A stretch of 64,000 bases of DNA. Source: Guillardia theta CCMP2712. Its lineage: Eukaryota; Protista; Cryptophyta. Below, one piece after another: positions 51,418-62,351 of the stretch. Below the pieces are notes generated by a model. The model was not told the origin of the DNA. It worked only from the letters and a program-made list of their open reading frames with translations, and did no database searches. A program made the translations under genes and the position numbers. The stretch spans positions 300,407 through 364,406 of the forward strand of contig NW_005434605.1 in NCBI RefSeq assembly GCF_000315625.1, read 5' to 3'. Within the stretch, counting starts at the first letter, position 1; the number at the start of each line of letters is the position of its first letter.

Positions 51418-52423
51418 TCACTTGCTCGCCGGAGGGGGGGCACTGATCCCTTCCTTGTCACGAATAGTAATCATCACACCCAAGGGTGGCCTCTCATCCA
51501 AAACTTTGTAAAAATACTCTCGAACATCAGGTGCGGTATCATACACGCAGATCAATCTCTTCGTTTTGTCTCTTCCCAACTGGAAAACAACATGTCAAAG
51601 ACAGCCAACGCAAAGGGTAGCAAAACGGAAGAAGAAGAAAACAAATCGTCCACATCCACTAGCGGTAAGAAAATAGCGTCCGAACATGTTTGAAAAGAAA
51701 GGGGCATAATCTCAAAAAAAGATTGGACAACACAGAAAATCGATCGAATGCATGTAGCAGCATGAAAGAGGGACATCAGAAATGGCAAAACAGCTGTCAA
51801 ACAGTTATAGATTCAACTTAGAAAGAGAAGAAGACCTGCTCTCTAGCCTTCTTGTCCACGTGCGGTGATCGCAGGATAGTAATGAGCTCCCTTCGGGTGG
51901 GTAATCTAACTATGTTCCCGGTTCTCACACCAGAAAGACCGGCCAGATGCCTTATATAATTACAAGCAAACTCGTTAACCTGAGCATCAAATGCCTGAAC
52001 GTGTATCTGAGCAACCCATTTCTTTCCTTTCCCCTTGGGAGGCAGAGGAACCTTGCTAACTTTCTTCTCATCTTCTTCCTGAGCTTCCACCTGGGTCTCA
52101 ACCTGGGTCTCAACGGATTGAGCCTCGGATGAGAAGAGTCTTGAACCACGAGGGGCTACAAGGAAAGAAACACGCGCTCCCATCGCATGCAAGGAGGCAT
52201 TGGTGAGAGAACCATCGCCAACACATAGGGAGCGGTGCTGGCTTCCTAATGGTCTGAACCTGCCTGCTACCGCACTCCCGCACATGGCCCCTTCTGATGC
52301 AGCGAGTCTCCTTCCCTGCTCATGGAGAGCAGGGAACAGAAAACTTGCTGCTCCTTGCCTGGCTGCTCCTCCCCCTGCTCCTCCCAGCAGGCGCGCTAAC
52401 TGCCGACCTGCCTGCATGGACAT
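51418..52423 (-). CDS. MRPS10: Mitochondrial ribosomal protein uS10m (2 exons, intron 51835-51580)
   Basis: Arg/Ala-rich presequence, then IHVQAFD, IVRLPTRRELITILRSPHVDKKAREQ|LGRDKTKRLI. Stop TGA at 51420-51418. Confidence 0.85.
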
Positions 52424-52464
52424 ACAGCTTTGCCACCACGGAATCCAAACCACCCATACACAGC

Positions 52465-52915
52465 GACTACCCTACCCCCTGAAACGAATACATTCGAGGA
52501 GATGCGGGAAGATGGAAGAAATACTATGAATAGGCTATGCAAATATGAAGCTCACTGACACTGCTGCATTTTTTAATACCCATATACCTTGACCACCCCC
52601 ACCAAATGAACCCTACCCCCAATATTGTGTCTTTCCTCTGTCAGCCTCTGGGAAAAGCGCTGGCTCCCCCATCATCTCCGGAACTCGTAAAAAGAATACC
52701 CTACCCTACGGTGTGCCATGACTAGGGGTAGGGTGTCCTATGTTCGAACGGAGGTAGGGGTTACGGAGAAAGGTCAGGGAGATTTGAAGTAGGGGTGATA
52801 TCAATGGTCTAATGGGGGGTCATGGGTTCACATCGCACTCGCTCAGGGTAGTGCAAATGAAGCTGACGGGTAGGGTGGTGAAGAATTGGAATGGGTGGAG
52901 GACGGGTGGGTACTA
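52465..52915. promoter_or_regulatory. Bidirectional promoter uS10m/RPL10A with mirror-oriented TACCC/GGGTA motifs
   Basis: TACCC copies at 52468-52479, 52577, 52611 and 52697-52709. GGGTA/GTAGGG copies at 52725, 52753, 52789, 52846, 52868 and 52908. Confidence 0.6.
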
Positions 52916-52979
52916 TCCGTTGAAACGGTTACAGCACGAGTTAAAAAAAGATTCGCACGCGCAAGCTCAGGAGGCGACC

Positions 52980-54078
52980 ATGGTGAGCGAAGCATGCGAG
53001 AGCGTGCGAGAGATGCGCGGGGCATGGAGGGGGGAGGAGACGTTATGAGGAGACGTGAAGAGATGATGAAGGGTGTGGAGGGTTGAGATGATGTCCAGTG
53101 GTTGGGAGATGCATTCTTTCATAGATGCATTCTTGCTTTGGCTTCCTGCACCTGCTGTGTCATGTGTCGATCTCCATAGGGATTGCTCTATATGTGCGCT
53201 TCGTGCACATTTGTTCATCTCTTTGTATGATTGATCTTGAAATTCTGTTTTCTGTACACCTAGCTATCAAACTTCTCACTGAAACCTGTTGTACTCCTGG
53301 CCCATGGAGCTCTTGATGATATTTCGTGAACTGTGTGAGATGAACTGTTGAACGACATCTCACGCGATTCCTTGCAGAGCAAGCTTCAGAGTGAGACGGT
53401 GCGTGAGGCTATCAGGACCATCACCAAGGAGTCGAACGATAAGAAGAGAAAATTTCGTGAGAGTGTGGAGCTGCAGATTGGTTTGAAGCAGTATGATCCC
53501 CAGAAGGACAAGCGCTTCAGCGGAACTGTCAAGCTTCCCCGTATTCCGCGCCCCAACATGACCATCTGCATCTTGGGAGATGCTCAGCACTGCGAGGAGG
53601 CTGAGAAGAACAGCATCCCCAGCATGGACGTGGAGGCCCTCAAGAAGCTCAACAAGGTACCTGTCTTGCTGAATCGAAAGGAAGAGATCTCTGCTGACAC
53701 CTAATGTAGAACAAGAAGCTGATCAAGAAGCTCGCCAAGAAGTATCATGCTTTCCTTGCCTCTGAGGCCCTCATCAAGCAGATCCCCCGTCTCCTTGGAC
53801 CAGGCTTGAACAAGGCAGGAAAGTTCCCCGGCTTGATCACTCACCAGGAGAACATGGTGAACAAGATCAATGAAGTGAAATCAACCATTAAATTCCAGTT
53901 GAAGAAGGCTCTTTGCCTTGCTGTAGCTGTTGGACACGTCGAGATGAACGAACAGGAGCTCTTTGCAAACATCAACACCTCAGTCAACTTTTTGGTTTCT
54001 TTGTTGAAGAAGAACTGGCAGAATGTGAAATCTCTTAACATCAAGACCACCATGGGCAAGCCTCAGCGCGTTTACTAA
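52980..54078 (+). CDS. RPL10A: 60S ribosomal protein L10a (uL1); first exon contributes only the ATG
   Basis: ATG|intron 52983-53377|[65 protein letters not shown] and [13 protein letters not shown]. Confidence 0.98.
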
Positions 54079-54306
54079 GTATCAGGCAGTATGTCAGGCT
54101 CACAGTTGGTTCAGCTCCTCGTGGAAGAATGTTTTCTGATATTGAGTAATACGGGAAGGGACAAGGAGTGCAAACAACTTTGAGGATGCGTTGTCTTACT
54201 CATGTTGATTGTTTTTCAATGAAATTCGAAACCAAACATGCGCGTTTCTGCTTTCCTTGAAACAATTGTTCACAGTTTTACCTCCTTTCGAACTGATGTT
54301 CTTTAC

Positions 54307-55698
54307 TTAGAAAGGCCCGTAAAGTGGTGGTCCATCGTATTGATAGCGATGATCGTAGCTGTATTGAACCGGTGTAGGATTGGCCTTCCGCGTCGGTTCC
54401 GTGCAGATCCCAAAGATTTTCAAACACCAACAGACATCGTCAGGTGGGGATGGATCGTTCTGCACCCACACCGGCACCTCTGGCTCTACTGCCTCCTGCA
54501 CGATGTAGGCAAGAGTCTGCCGGTTCAAGTCAGCCAACTCGTCGGGAGATGTCATGCTCCTTACAGAATCATCGAACACCATGAGCCCTGATTGATCGGT
54601 CGCTCTCCGCCATTTCCTCAGCACCTCCTCTGAATCATCCAAGGACAAAGCGCGAACGGTGTACACATCCTTCTCAAGCAGGTCTATCGGAGCATACTTA
54701 CTAAGCGGATCACTGTCTAATCGGCTGCAGTCAGGAGTTGAGGCATCTGTGCTTGGGCTATAGTGAACCGAGATGATGTTGTCTGCTGCACATTCTTGCA
54801 GTTCGCGGTCTCCATAGATGCTTCTAGGTGATGTTTCACTTGGTATGGGCGATGTCACATCAGGAAGCTTCTTATTCCACTCCATCAAATCCAACATCGC
54901 TTCCAATGCAATCTGCTTCTCTTCATCAGCCTGAGAGGAATCTTTCCTTCTGAAAGTGCTCCTGCCGCTCTGAGCGGACTCATGCTCTTGATGATTGATC
55001 TGGGTGTTCTGCTTGCACTTTTCTTCATCCACCACAAAGAAGTATTGCGGAGAGTCGACATTCCTCTGCTCGATGCCTGAGCCCTTGGGTGTCGCCGGGC
55101 CATCGTTGTCCTTCAAGTATGGTTTGTGCTGCAGCACGCGGAAGTTGGAGACTGGTTTCTCGTGCTGCAGCATGGTGAGCGTCATTCGAATAGAGAGCCG
55201 TCAGGTAGCAAGAATTACCTTGACAGAAAACAAGGGCTGGTTTGTGGTGTGGGGATTCACAAAGTGAACGACTCTCGGGAGGTCTTCTGACCTCCGAGCA
55301 ACCTCATGGCCGCTCAGCTCTGGAACAAACGTTGTTCTGTTCTGAACATGCGATAGCTGAATGCTGAGACATCAATGTCGTAAGCAAGATTCAGGAGGGA
55401 AAGAAAATCAACCTTCGAAGAGCAATGCGGGGACTGTTCTGCGCTGACTTCTTGGGAGCTTTGAGGAAAACTTCGCCTGATTCGCCAGAGTTTTCTTGCA
55501 ATACTTGCATCTGTGGAAGACTGTGTCAGCATTACAGGTTCATACTGAGGACGTTCTACCTGTATGTGACTACTGTATGTATGATCACAAGTCTATAGGA
55601 TACTTCTGACTACTGTAGGATACTTCTGACTACAATATCTCAGTCTCACTCACGTCGAGGTGTCTGATTCCCTCCAATCTCGCTCCCGTTTCCACCAT
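54307..55698 (-). CDS. Hypothetical low-complexity protein, multi-exon
   Basis: 292-aa terminal ORF plus upstream exons bounded by GT-AG, starting MVETGARLEESDTST. No family recognised. Confidence 0.5.
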
Positions 55699-55974
55699 CT
55701 CCTCTATACAATATTCGCCGCCATTTCTTCGTTCAACTCAATGTTAACCTACCCCCTCGTTCACCCAGTCGAAGAGTCGGAGGAATGCCATAGTACCCCC
55801 TCCAATCCCTTCAATCACTGGTTCAAAGTACCCCCGTAACTACCACCCACCTTTCACAGGGCCAGCATCGGAGTTGTCAAAACGAACTGGGAGGACATCT
55901 ACAGTTTGAATTTCGACCGTTTGAAAGTTTCAAACGGAGGCGTGTAGGTTAGGGCCTTTAGGCAAATATTTTAT

Positions 55975-56200
55975 CCCGGTGAGTCCGGGCCCGGCCCAGT
56001 GACCCCGACTCGCGGCCCGGCCCCGCGGCCGCCAGGCCGCGGGCGTCCCGCGCCCGTGAGTCCGATGCTTTGAGCCCCTCTTCTCAAGAGTCGGGCTGGG
56101 TGACATCATGCGGCACAGTGCCGCTCATCGGCCGGCGGCCTCGAACTGAGCCGTCGCCGCCGACCGATCGGACCGACGGTCACTCACCCGGCCGTGAGTT
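55975..56200. promoter_or_regulatory. CpG/GC-rich intergenic island 3
   Basis: gagtccgggcccggccCAGTGAC..cggccgcc..GTCCGA..cggccggcggcc..gaTCGGAC..gtcactcacccggccg. Confidence 0.5.
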
Positions 56201-56335
56201 TTATTTCAAGTTTGCTGACTGTACACTGCTGGACTCCATGACATCAAGATCCGATGATCCGAAAAGTACTTAAAGTTACTGATGCTTCTGAAGTAGACTG
56301 ATCTTGATGTTGATCACTGAGTCGAATCGCTCACT

Positions 56336-58316
56336 TCAAGTCACTGATCGTGTTCGACGCTGCTGTTTCGAACAAGGTTTAGCACATGATGGAACTGCTG
56401 AGCGGAATTCTCCCAATTGGCTCCTAAGATCTGCGACCAAGTGATTTAGAGATTCAACACGCGGCGGAGGAAGGCTTACTTGTATCATTCGCATATCCGA
56501 CGTGACTGACGAGCGGTAAGCCTTGCCGATGTTGTAGACCAGCGGATCCCCGCGGAACGATTCCTCCACAACAGGCCAGAGGTCGTAGCCTTCGTCTTGC
56601 TCTGCTACAACGGATCATTCTACGCTCAGCAGCCCGCAACCGCAACAACCTTGCATTCTCTTCCCTCCCCTGATGTCATCCTTGAAATATGCGCCTGGCC
56701 CTGATTGATCATGGCGAGTCAGAGCAGAGGAGGATGAGAGAGGGAGGTGGAGGTCTACCGGGAGTCATCGCCCGACTCCGCACGAAGTCGTTCTGACGTT
56801 CCCCCTTGGAGAACTTACCGCCCTTGCGCGTCTGAATGTTGGGGAGGGTGTAGTATGCCGGGCCAGGCGTGTCTCCTCGTGGCACTGCGCTCTTGCTGCG
56901 GGGGTTGGGTTTCAGGAGGAGCTGGGCTGAGCTTGAAGTGAAGACTTCAGTTGAAGAGAAGGAGCGAGTCGAGTTGTTGGAGTGGATTTGCTTCTCCCAG
57001 TACTCCTTCGCCTTGGCAGCCTTGCTGGCCTTCTGGCTGGGAGGTTCCTGGCCCTTGTTGGAGGTGGCCTCCGATTTCCGTCTTGACCTTGACAAGGTCT
57101 TGACCAACTCTGACCCTCTCTTGCCGGAGATGTCGAGAGGATGCCGGCTGTACGGAGTCTTAGGAGCATCGACGAAGATTCGTCGGCGGTTGAGCCTCAC
57201 GTCAGAGTTCCAGGCAGGTCTGTGGGAAGCATCGGTCCGACTTGTTCTCTCAAGCACCCCGCCGCCCTCACTCTGCCTGCTGTGTGCATGTGGGACATTC
57301 CCCATGGACGTGTGAGCGCGCACAGGGTCGACAGACCTCACGCTGTAGGAGGTCCATCGCCGCGAGGCGTCGCCGAGTCGTCGTGAAGGCCTCCGGTCCT
57401 CCTGGATGAGGTCGTCCTTGGATAGCTGCTCCAGCACTCCCTCGATGATCATGGTCGACAACCCAGCGACGTACTCTTCCACCACATGCTTCGATCTCGC
57501 TGACATGGCAACACTCTTTTCCGCGCTCTCAAAGTCCTCCCTTCTTCTTCCTCCTCCCTCTCCCTCTCCGCCTCCTGCATTTCGATGGCTCCCCTCGATC
57601 GGCAGACTTGGGACCCCATGCTCTCGTTCTTCCTCCTTCTCCTTCTCCTCCTCCTTCTCCTTCTCCTCCTCCTCCTTCTCCTTCTCCTCCTCCTCCTCTT
57701 CCTCCTCCTCCTCCTCCTCCTCCTCGAAATCTTCGTCATGCTCATCGTCATAGCCCTCTCCCATCTCCACAGGCTGCTGGTCATTTCCCGTGTCCAAGTC
57801 GTCAGAGAGCTCATCGAAGTCATCCTCGTCGTAGAAGATTTGCTCGTACTCGTACAGCGCATCGTCATCCTCTATGTCGTCCCCGAAGCTCATGCGCTCT
57901 ACCACCCCCTGCTTCTTGCTCAGGGTTCCCACCCCTTCACCCTGTGGGAAGTTGTCGACGAATGTGTCCCCTACCTCGTCCTCGAACTCCATCCTCTCCG
58001 CCTCCTCCACCTGTCGTTCCGCCCTCCCTTCTCGCCTCCCCTTCAGCGGAGCAGAGGGTCTTGGCTGTCTCGCTGCTTCCTCTCGCAGCCTCTTCCATTC
58101 CTCGTCTTCCGAGCTGCTGCTTCCCTCGCCGCCATCGTCCTCCAACGTCAACATCTCTGCTACCCCTCCCGCTCCTCCCGACGGCCAGGTTTCCTCTTCA
58201 AAGTTTTCCACTTGCTGGCTCTTTCCTTTCTCCTCCACGGGCTGTTGCCGCTTTCCCGCTCCGGCATCTTCCCTGAGCGCCTGCGAGCGTTGAACTCTGG
58301 TACTTGTAGAGCGCAT
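56336..58316 (-). CDS. Acidic low-complexity protein with PGP-x-x-Y (SHIPPO/STPG-type) repeats
   Basis: 535-aa ORF with DTPGPAYY and MTPG|PGAY, and a poly-E tract. The 3' exons are approximate. Confidence 0.55.
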
Positions 58317-58557
58317 TTCCGGCTAGCTTCGCTTCCTCACGCCTCCATCCTCTCCCTGGCCCTCATCAACTCTCTCCTTGTCGCCATCACTCTCTTCCCC
58401 CTGGTCTTCCTCATGCTCCCCTTCCCCTCTCCCCCTCCACACCGCTGCCTGGCTGCTGCCTCCCCTCTACGCGCCACCATGTGGACCGGCCGGCCGATGG
58501 CGGTTGCTTTTCGAGCTGGGGCGGGCCTATGGGTAGCGAATAAAAAGGAGGCTGCCC

Positions 58558-59262
58558 ATGGCTCCCCCCCCCTCCTTCCTGTCGCCATGCGCTATCGCTC
58601 GTCCTACCTGCTCCTTCGTGCCTCCATGCGCCTTTCCTACACATCTGCTGAGCGATCACGCCCATGCCTCATGCCGGATGAGGGCATGCGGCCTTGGACG
58701 AGATGCTGTGCTGAGGGAAGCGCCGCTCTCACTGCAGACCAGCATGTCGACGGGGCAGGAAGGGGACGCGAGCGACTTGTCATCGACCCTCAAGAAGCTG
58801 GACAGGAAGAATCTCCAAGTGGATCCTCTTGCGGGCACGAGATGGCTGCTCAAACTCGACATCGGCAGGGAGCCAGGCACTTGGATGGACGCGCGTTGGG
58901 GCGCTAGCGGCCAACGAGTCAGGGTGGCCATTGCAGTAGAGATGCAGAGAGACGGGTCCGTTCGCCCGGTCGAGTATCAGTACGGGTTGCTCAGGACGCT
59001 GACAACTCCAGAAGGCTCCTCCTTTAGAGTGAAAGGATCGTTCCCGAATGAGGTGTTGGAGTTCTCAATCCGACATGGCGGGCTCCCAGAGAGCAAGACC
59101 GGATGTGATGTTAGCTTGCCGGAAGGAGAGATTTTCATGAGCATCGGGACGCTGGGGAACAAGCTTGGTTCGCGTGGGAGGATGTCGATCGAGCAGTATC
59201 GGTTCTTTGTGAGACGGGAGCGGAGGATAGTGGGGACTTTCACTGCGGAGAGGATTGATTGA
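58558..59262 (+). CDS. Uncharacterised algal protein, possibly plastid-targeted
   Basis: 234-aa intact ORF with a TCSFVP leader motif and a globular part LAGTRWLLKLDIGREPGTWMDARWGASGQR. Confidence 0.6.
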   Translation: MAPPPSFLSPCAIARPTCSFVPPCAFPTHLLSDHAHASCRMRACGLGRDAVLREAPLSLQTSMSTGQEGDASDLSSTLKKLDRKNLQVDPLAGTRWLLKLDIGREPGTWMDARWGASGQRVRVAIAVEMQRDGSVRPVEYQYGLLRTLTTPEGSSFRVKGSFPNEVLEFSIRHGGLPESKTGCDVSLPEGEIFMSIGTLGNKLGSRGRMSIEQYRFFVRRERRIVGTFTAERID

Positions 59263-59450
59263 GGACGAAAATTATTCTTTGAGTTTGCTTTTCTTGATAA
59301 TGCTTTTGATTCTTTTTCTCTTGTGTCCACTCCTTTCTCCAAGTCAAGAAGCAAAACGATTCTTCACATCAAGCCTTTCAACTTCAATAGACATCCATGC
59401 CTTCTTTACACATTTCTGCACGCCTATCCTGGCATGTATTTTGTACAACA

Positions 59451-62123
59451 TCAATTCCGAAAATTCTTGAGGATATCATCCCATTCACTGGCAACCTTGT
59501 TCCAGCTGCGTAGAAAGATGTTGCAGCAAGCACATGTCAACGTCTGATCTTGCCAGGGGAGTGCAAACCTGAAGCGATGTCTCGCCCATTCTTTCATACT
59601 CCTCCTGTACCCCTCCAGCGTCATGCCGACCTGACCAGTCTTCCTCTGCAGCCTCGTCAGCCCGCGCGTCCAGCCAAGACTAAGACTAGGATCCTTCATA
59701 CCTCCAGCATACTCCTCACCCTCGCTTCTCCAGATGCTCCAGCGGCTTCGCAGACCGTTTTTGTCCAGCGTTTCAGCCAGTCCAGTGAGATGCTTCCCGT
59801 TCCGTTGACTAAACCCACCGGATGCTGTCCCAAGTCAAAGAGCCCTGCCGTCTCGGGGATCGCAGAGCCCTCGAAGCGGCTGGTGATGGGGATGGCGCCG
59901 GCGATCTGCGAGAGGAGACGGTTGCTGGTCAACTGCAAGGGGGAAGGACGGGAGGAACCTGAGCTTTCATGAGGGCGATGCAGGAGGTTTCGGGGAAGAC
60001 TGTCGGGTAGAGGTCTGGAACGAGAGGTGAGGAGAGTTTGAGAGTTGAGCACTCAAAGGTCCTCACAGAAGCCAGCTTGAGACAGCAAGTGAGCCAGGGA
60101 CGAGTGCGAGACCATCCCGTAGTAGTTCACTCCCTCGTCCTTCATCTGCTCACCATCCGTCATCCTCCACCTGCTTCCAACTCCTGCCACCTTCTCCATC
60201 GCCCCCGACACGTGCGCCATCCATTCCTTGTAGACCGGATCCTTCGATGCAAGCTGATGGTCGTGCTGGAAGCAGCCTCAAGAGCGAGGGGGAGGAGAAA
60301 GGAGACACTCATCGACGTACCTGGGTGAAGCCGTAGAGCACGCTCAGGGTCGCGTTCTTCCCTACCTCTCCCAGGCACCTCCTGATGGTAGTCCAGGCCT
60401 GTCTGGCCGTCAGAGGTAGCAACAAGCGCCAACCCGCACCTTCAGCACGTGCAGGAGACCTCTTGACGGCATCGACGCGTAAATGAAATGTTCGGAGAGG
60501 TTTGGCCCGTCAGTGAACATGTCCTCGTCAACCCCGTTCTGCGTGATGATCGCCTTCCTCTTGAGACGATCCGGCAGCAAACTCGCGTGGAAGTCAGACA
60601 GCACCAAGACACCATCCACTTGCTTCATGAGGTGATCATAGCCAGCTTGCTCCTGCCCGAGCTTGAGTCACCTGCCCTTCACCACCTCACCAGCACGGCT
60701 CACCTGAACTGTGTCGTGCAGCCAGATGAAGCGCTTGCTCGCTGACTTGGCCATGAGCATCGGCGAGGCATAATCCCTCCAGGCAACATATCTGAGCGCA
60801 CGACCCTCAGCATATCAGGACTTGCGCATGCCTCCCTTCCTACAACGTCTCGACGTCTTGAGAGTGAGCACCTTCCCACTCCGAGGAGCAGGGGAGCAGC
60901 CACCAGGGGAGCCAGAGGGTCCCATCCCTCGCCCTCCCGCTCCTCACGGGCCTCCCGTAGATCTCCACCTGTCGCCCACCCTCTCAGACCTCCACCTGAG
61001 GTGCCAGCTGGAGCCGACCTGCCAACCCCTCGCTTGCAGGCGGGCGGAGAGGTGGATAACGGCCTGCTCCGAGCCTCCGATCCCCGAGTCGAGAGCGCTT
61101 CCGTCCCACCTGTTAGGAGCAGTCAGTCCATATGGCCAAGTGCTTCAAGACAGTCACCTCCCCGTGGGCGTGTTCCCCTGAATGAAGCAGCCCACGACGA
61201 GGACCTTCCCGCCGTCTCGTGCGGCTGCGGCGGTCAAGGTGAGGTGAAGCGATGAAGGCATGTGTCGCACCGTTTGCACGATCTTGTCGCATGAGCTCAA
61301 CCTGCGCGTCGAGGACTCCTGGCGGCATCTTTGACTTTGCTATCTCTGCTCCCCTCAAGAATGTCTTGACGGCCTGAGGATGACGATTGAGAGGAGGAGG
61401 AAGACCTGCATCTCCATCTCACCTGCGGCCCACAGCCTTCGTCTGCGAGTCTGAAGAACAAGTTCAGATGGTCCTCTTCCGTAGCATCAAAGAGAGCTGC
61501 ATGCAGCTGCAGGAGCCTTGTCGCCTCTCTCCTCCTGCCCGTTGCATCCAGCGCCTCCGATAACAATCTGGGCAACCTCACTGACCCAGGTCAGCCAAGA
61601 CCTCTTGGCACCTGTAAACGTTGGAGTCTCGTTGCCCGAGTCTCATCGCCAGCCGGAAGCTTCGGATGCTATCCTCGATCTTCATGCTGCTCTTCTTGAA
61701 GATGCCAAAGTTCGCCCACAGCCTCCCGCACTTGAAGCATTCGAGCACGCCCGTCTCCTCCAGCTGTCCTGGGCCTCTGTCGCCAGCATCTCTTGCTATG
61801 CTGGACAATCCCATCCAGGCCTCCTCGAGCCTCTCGAAGTCTGCCTTCTCCAAGGACGAATGTCTCGCTCGCTCGAACGCCTCCCTTGCCTCGTCTCTCT
61901 TTCCCATGGCTCGCAAGATCGCTCCCACAGTCAGCATGGCCCTGAGGTCACCAGGATCACGCTCGAGAGCTGAACGATGCTCCTTGTACGCCGCCAGGAG
62001 GCGAGGGTCGGGATCGGGATCAGGACGCGCTGTGTGCATGGCCTCGTTTCGTTCGGCTCCTCCCTCTCCTCCCCCCCAGGTCAGCAGGCATGCCACAAGC
62101 ACCGTCCTAGCGACCGCCGGCAT
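59451..62123 (-). CDS. Signal-peptide TPR + GT-B (GT4-like) glycosyltransferase, multi-exon
   Basis: TPR helices (AMLTVGAILRAMGKRDEAREAFERA), IITQNGVD, FIYASMPSRGL, YYGMVSH, YPTVFPETSCIALMKAQ and GAIPITS. Confidence 0.8.
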
Positions 62124-62351
62124 TGCCCGACAATCTCAGTAAGTTAACTGAAAGTTGGATAGTTGAGTAAAAGAATGAGTACACTTCCCCTGTCGGGGAA
62201 CTGCCAGGGCAGGCCTGTGCGCGGCGAGAGAGGGAGAGGAGGGAGGGAGGAAGAAGAGGGAGAGAGGGAGAAAGGAAGAGGAGGAGGGAGGGAGGGAGGG
62301 AGAGAGGGAGGAAGCGAGACGCTGATATCCTGAGATAGAGGCAGAGGGAGG

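Noticed and set aside
55596-55633. Short tandem duplication taggatacttctgactac x2
   Set aside because: Only two intronic copies; not CRISPR-like, and no element associated.
57585-58907. 440-aa plus-strand ORF and other poly-L/poly-P/poly-R ORFs (e.g. 32529-33698, 24610-25752, 20281-21237)
   Set aside because: Antisense shadows of real genes or of microsatellites, with no independent motifs.
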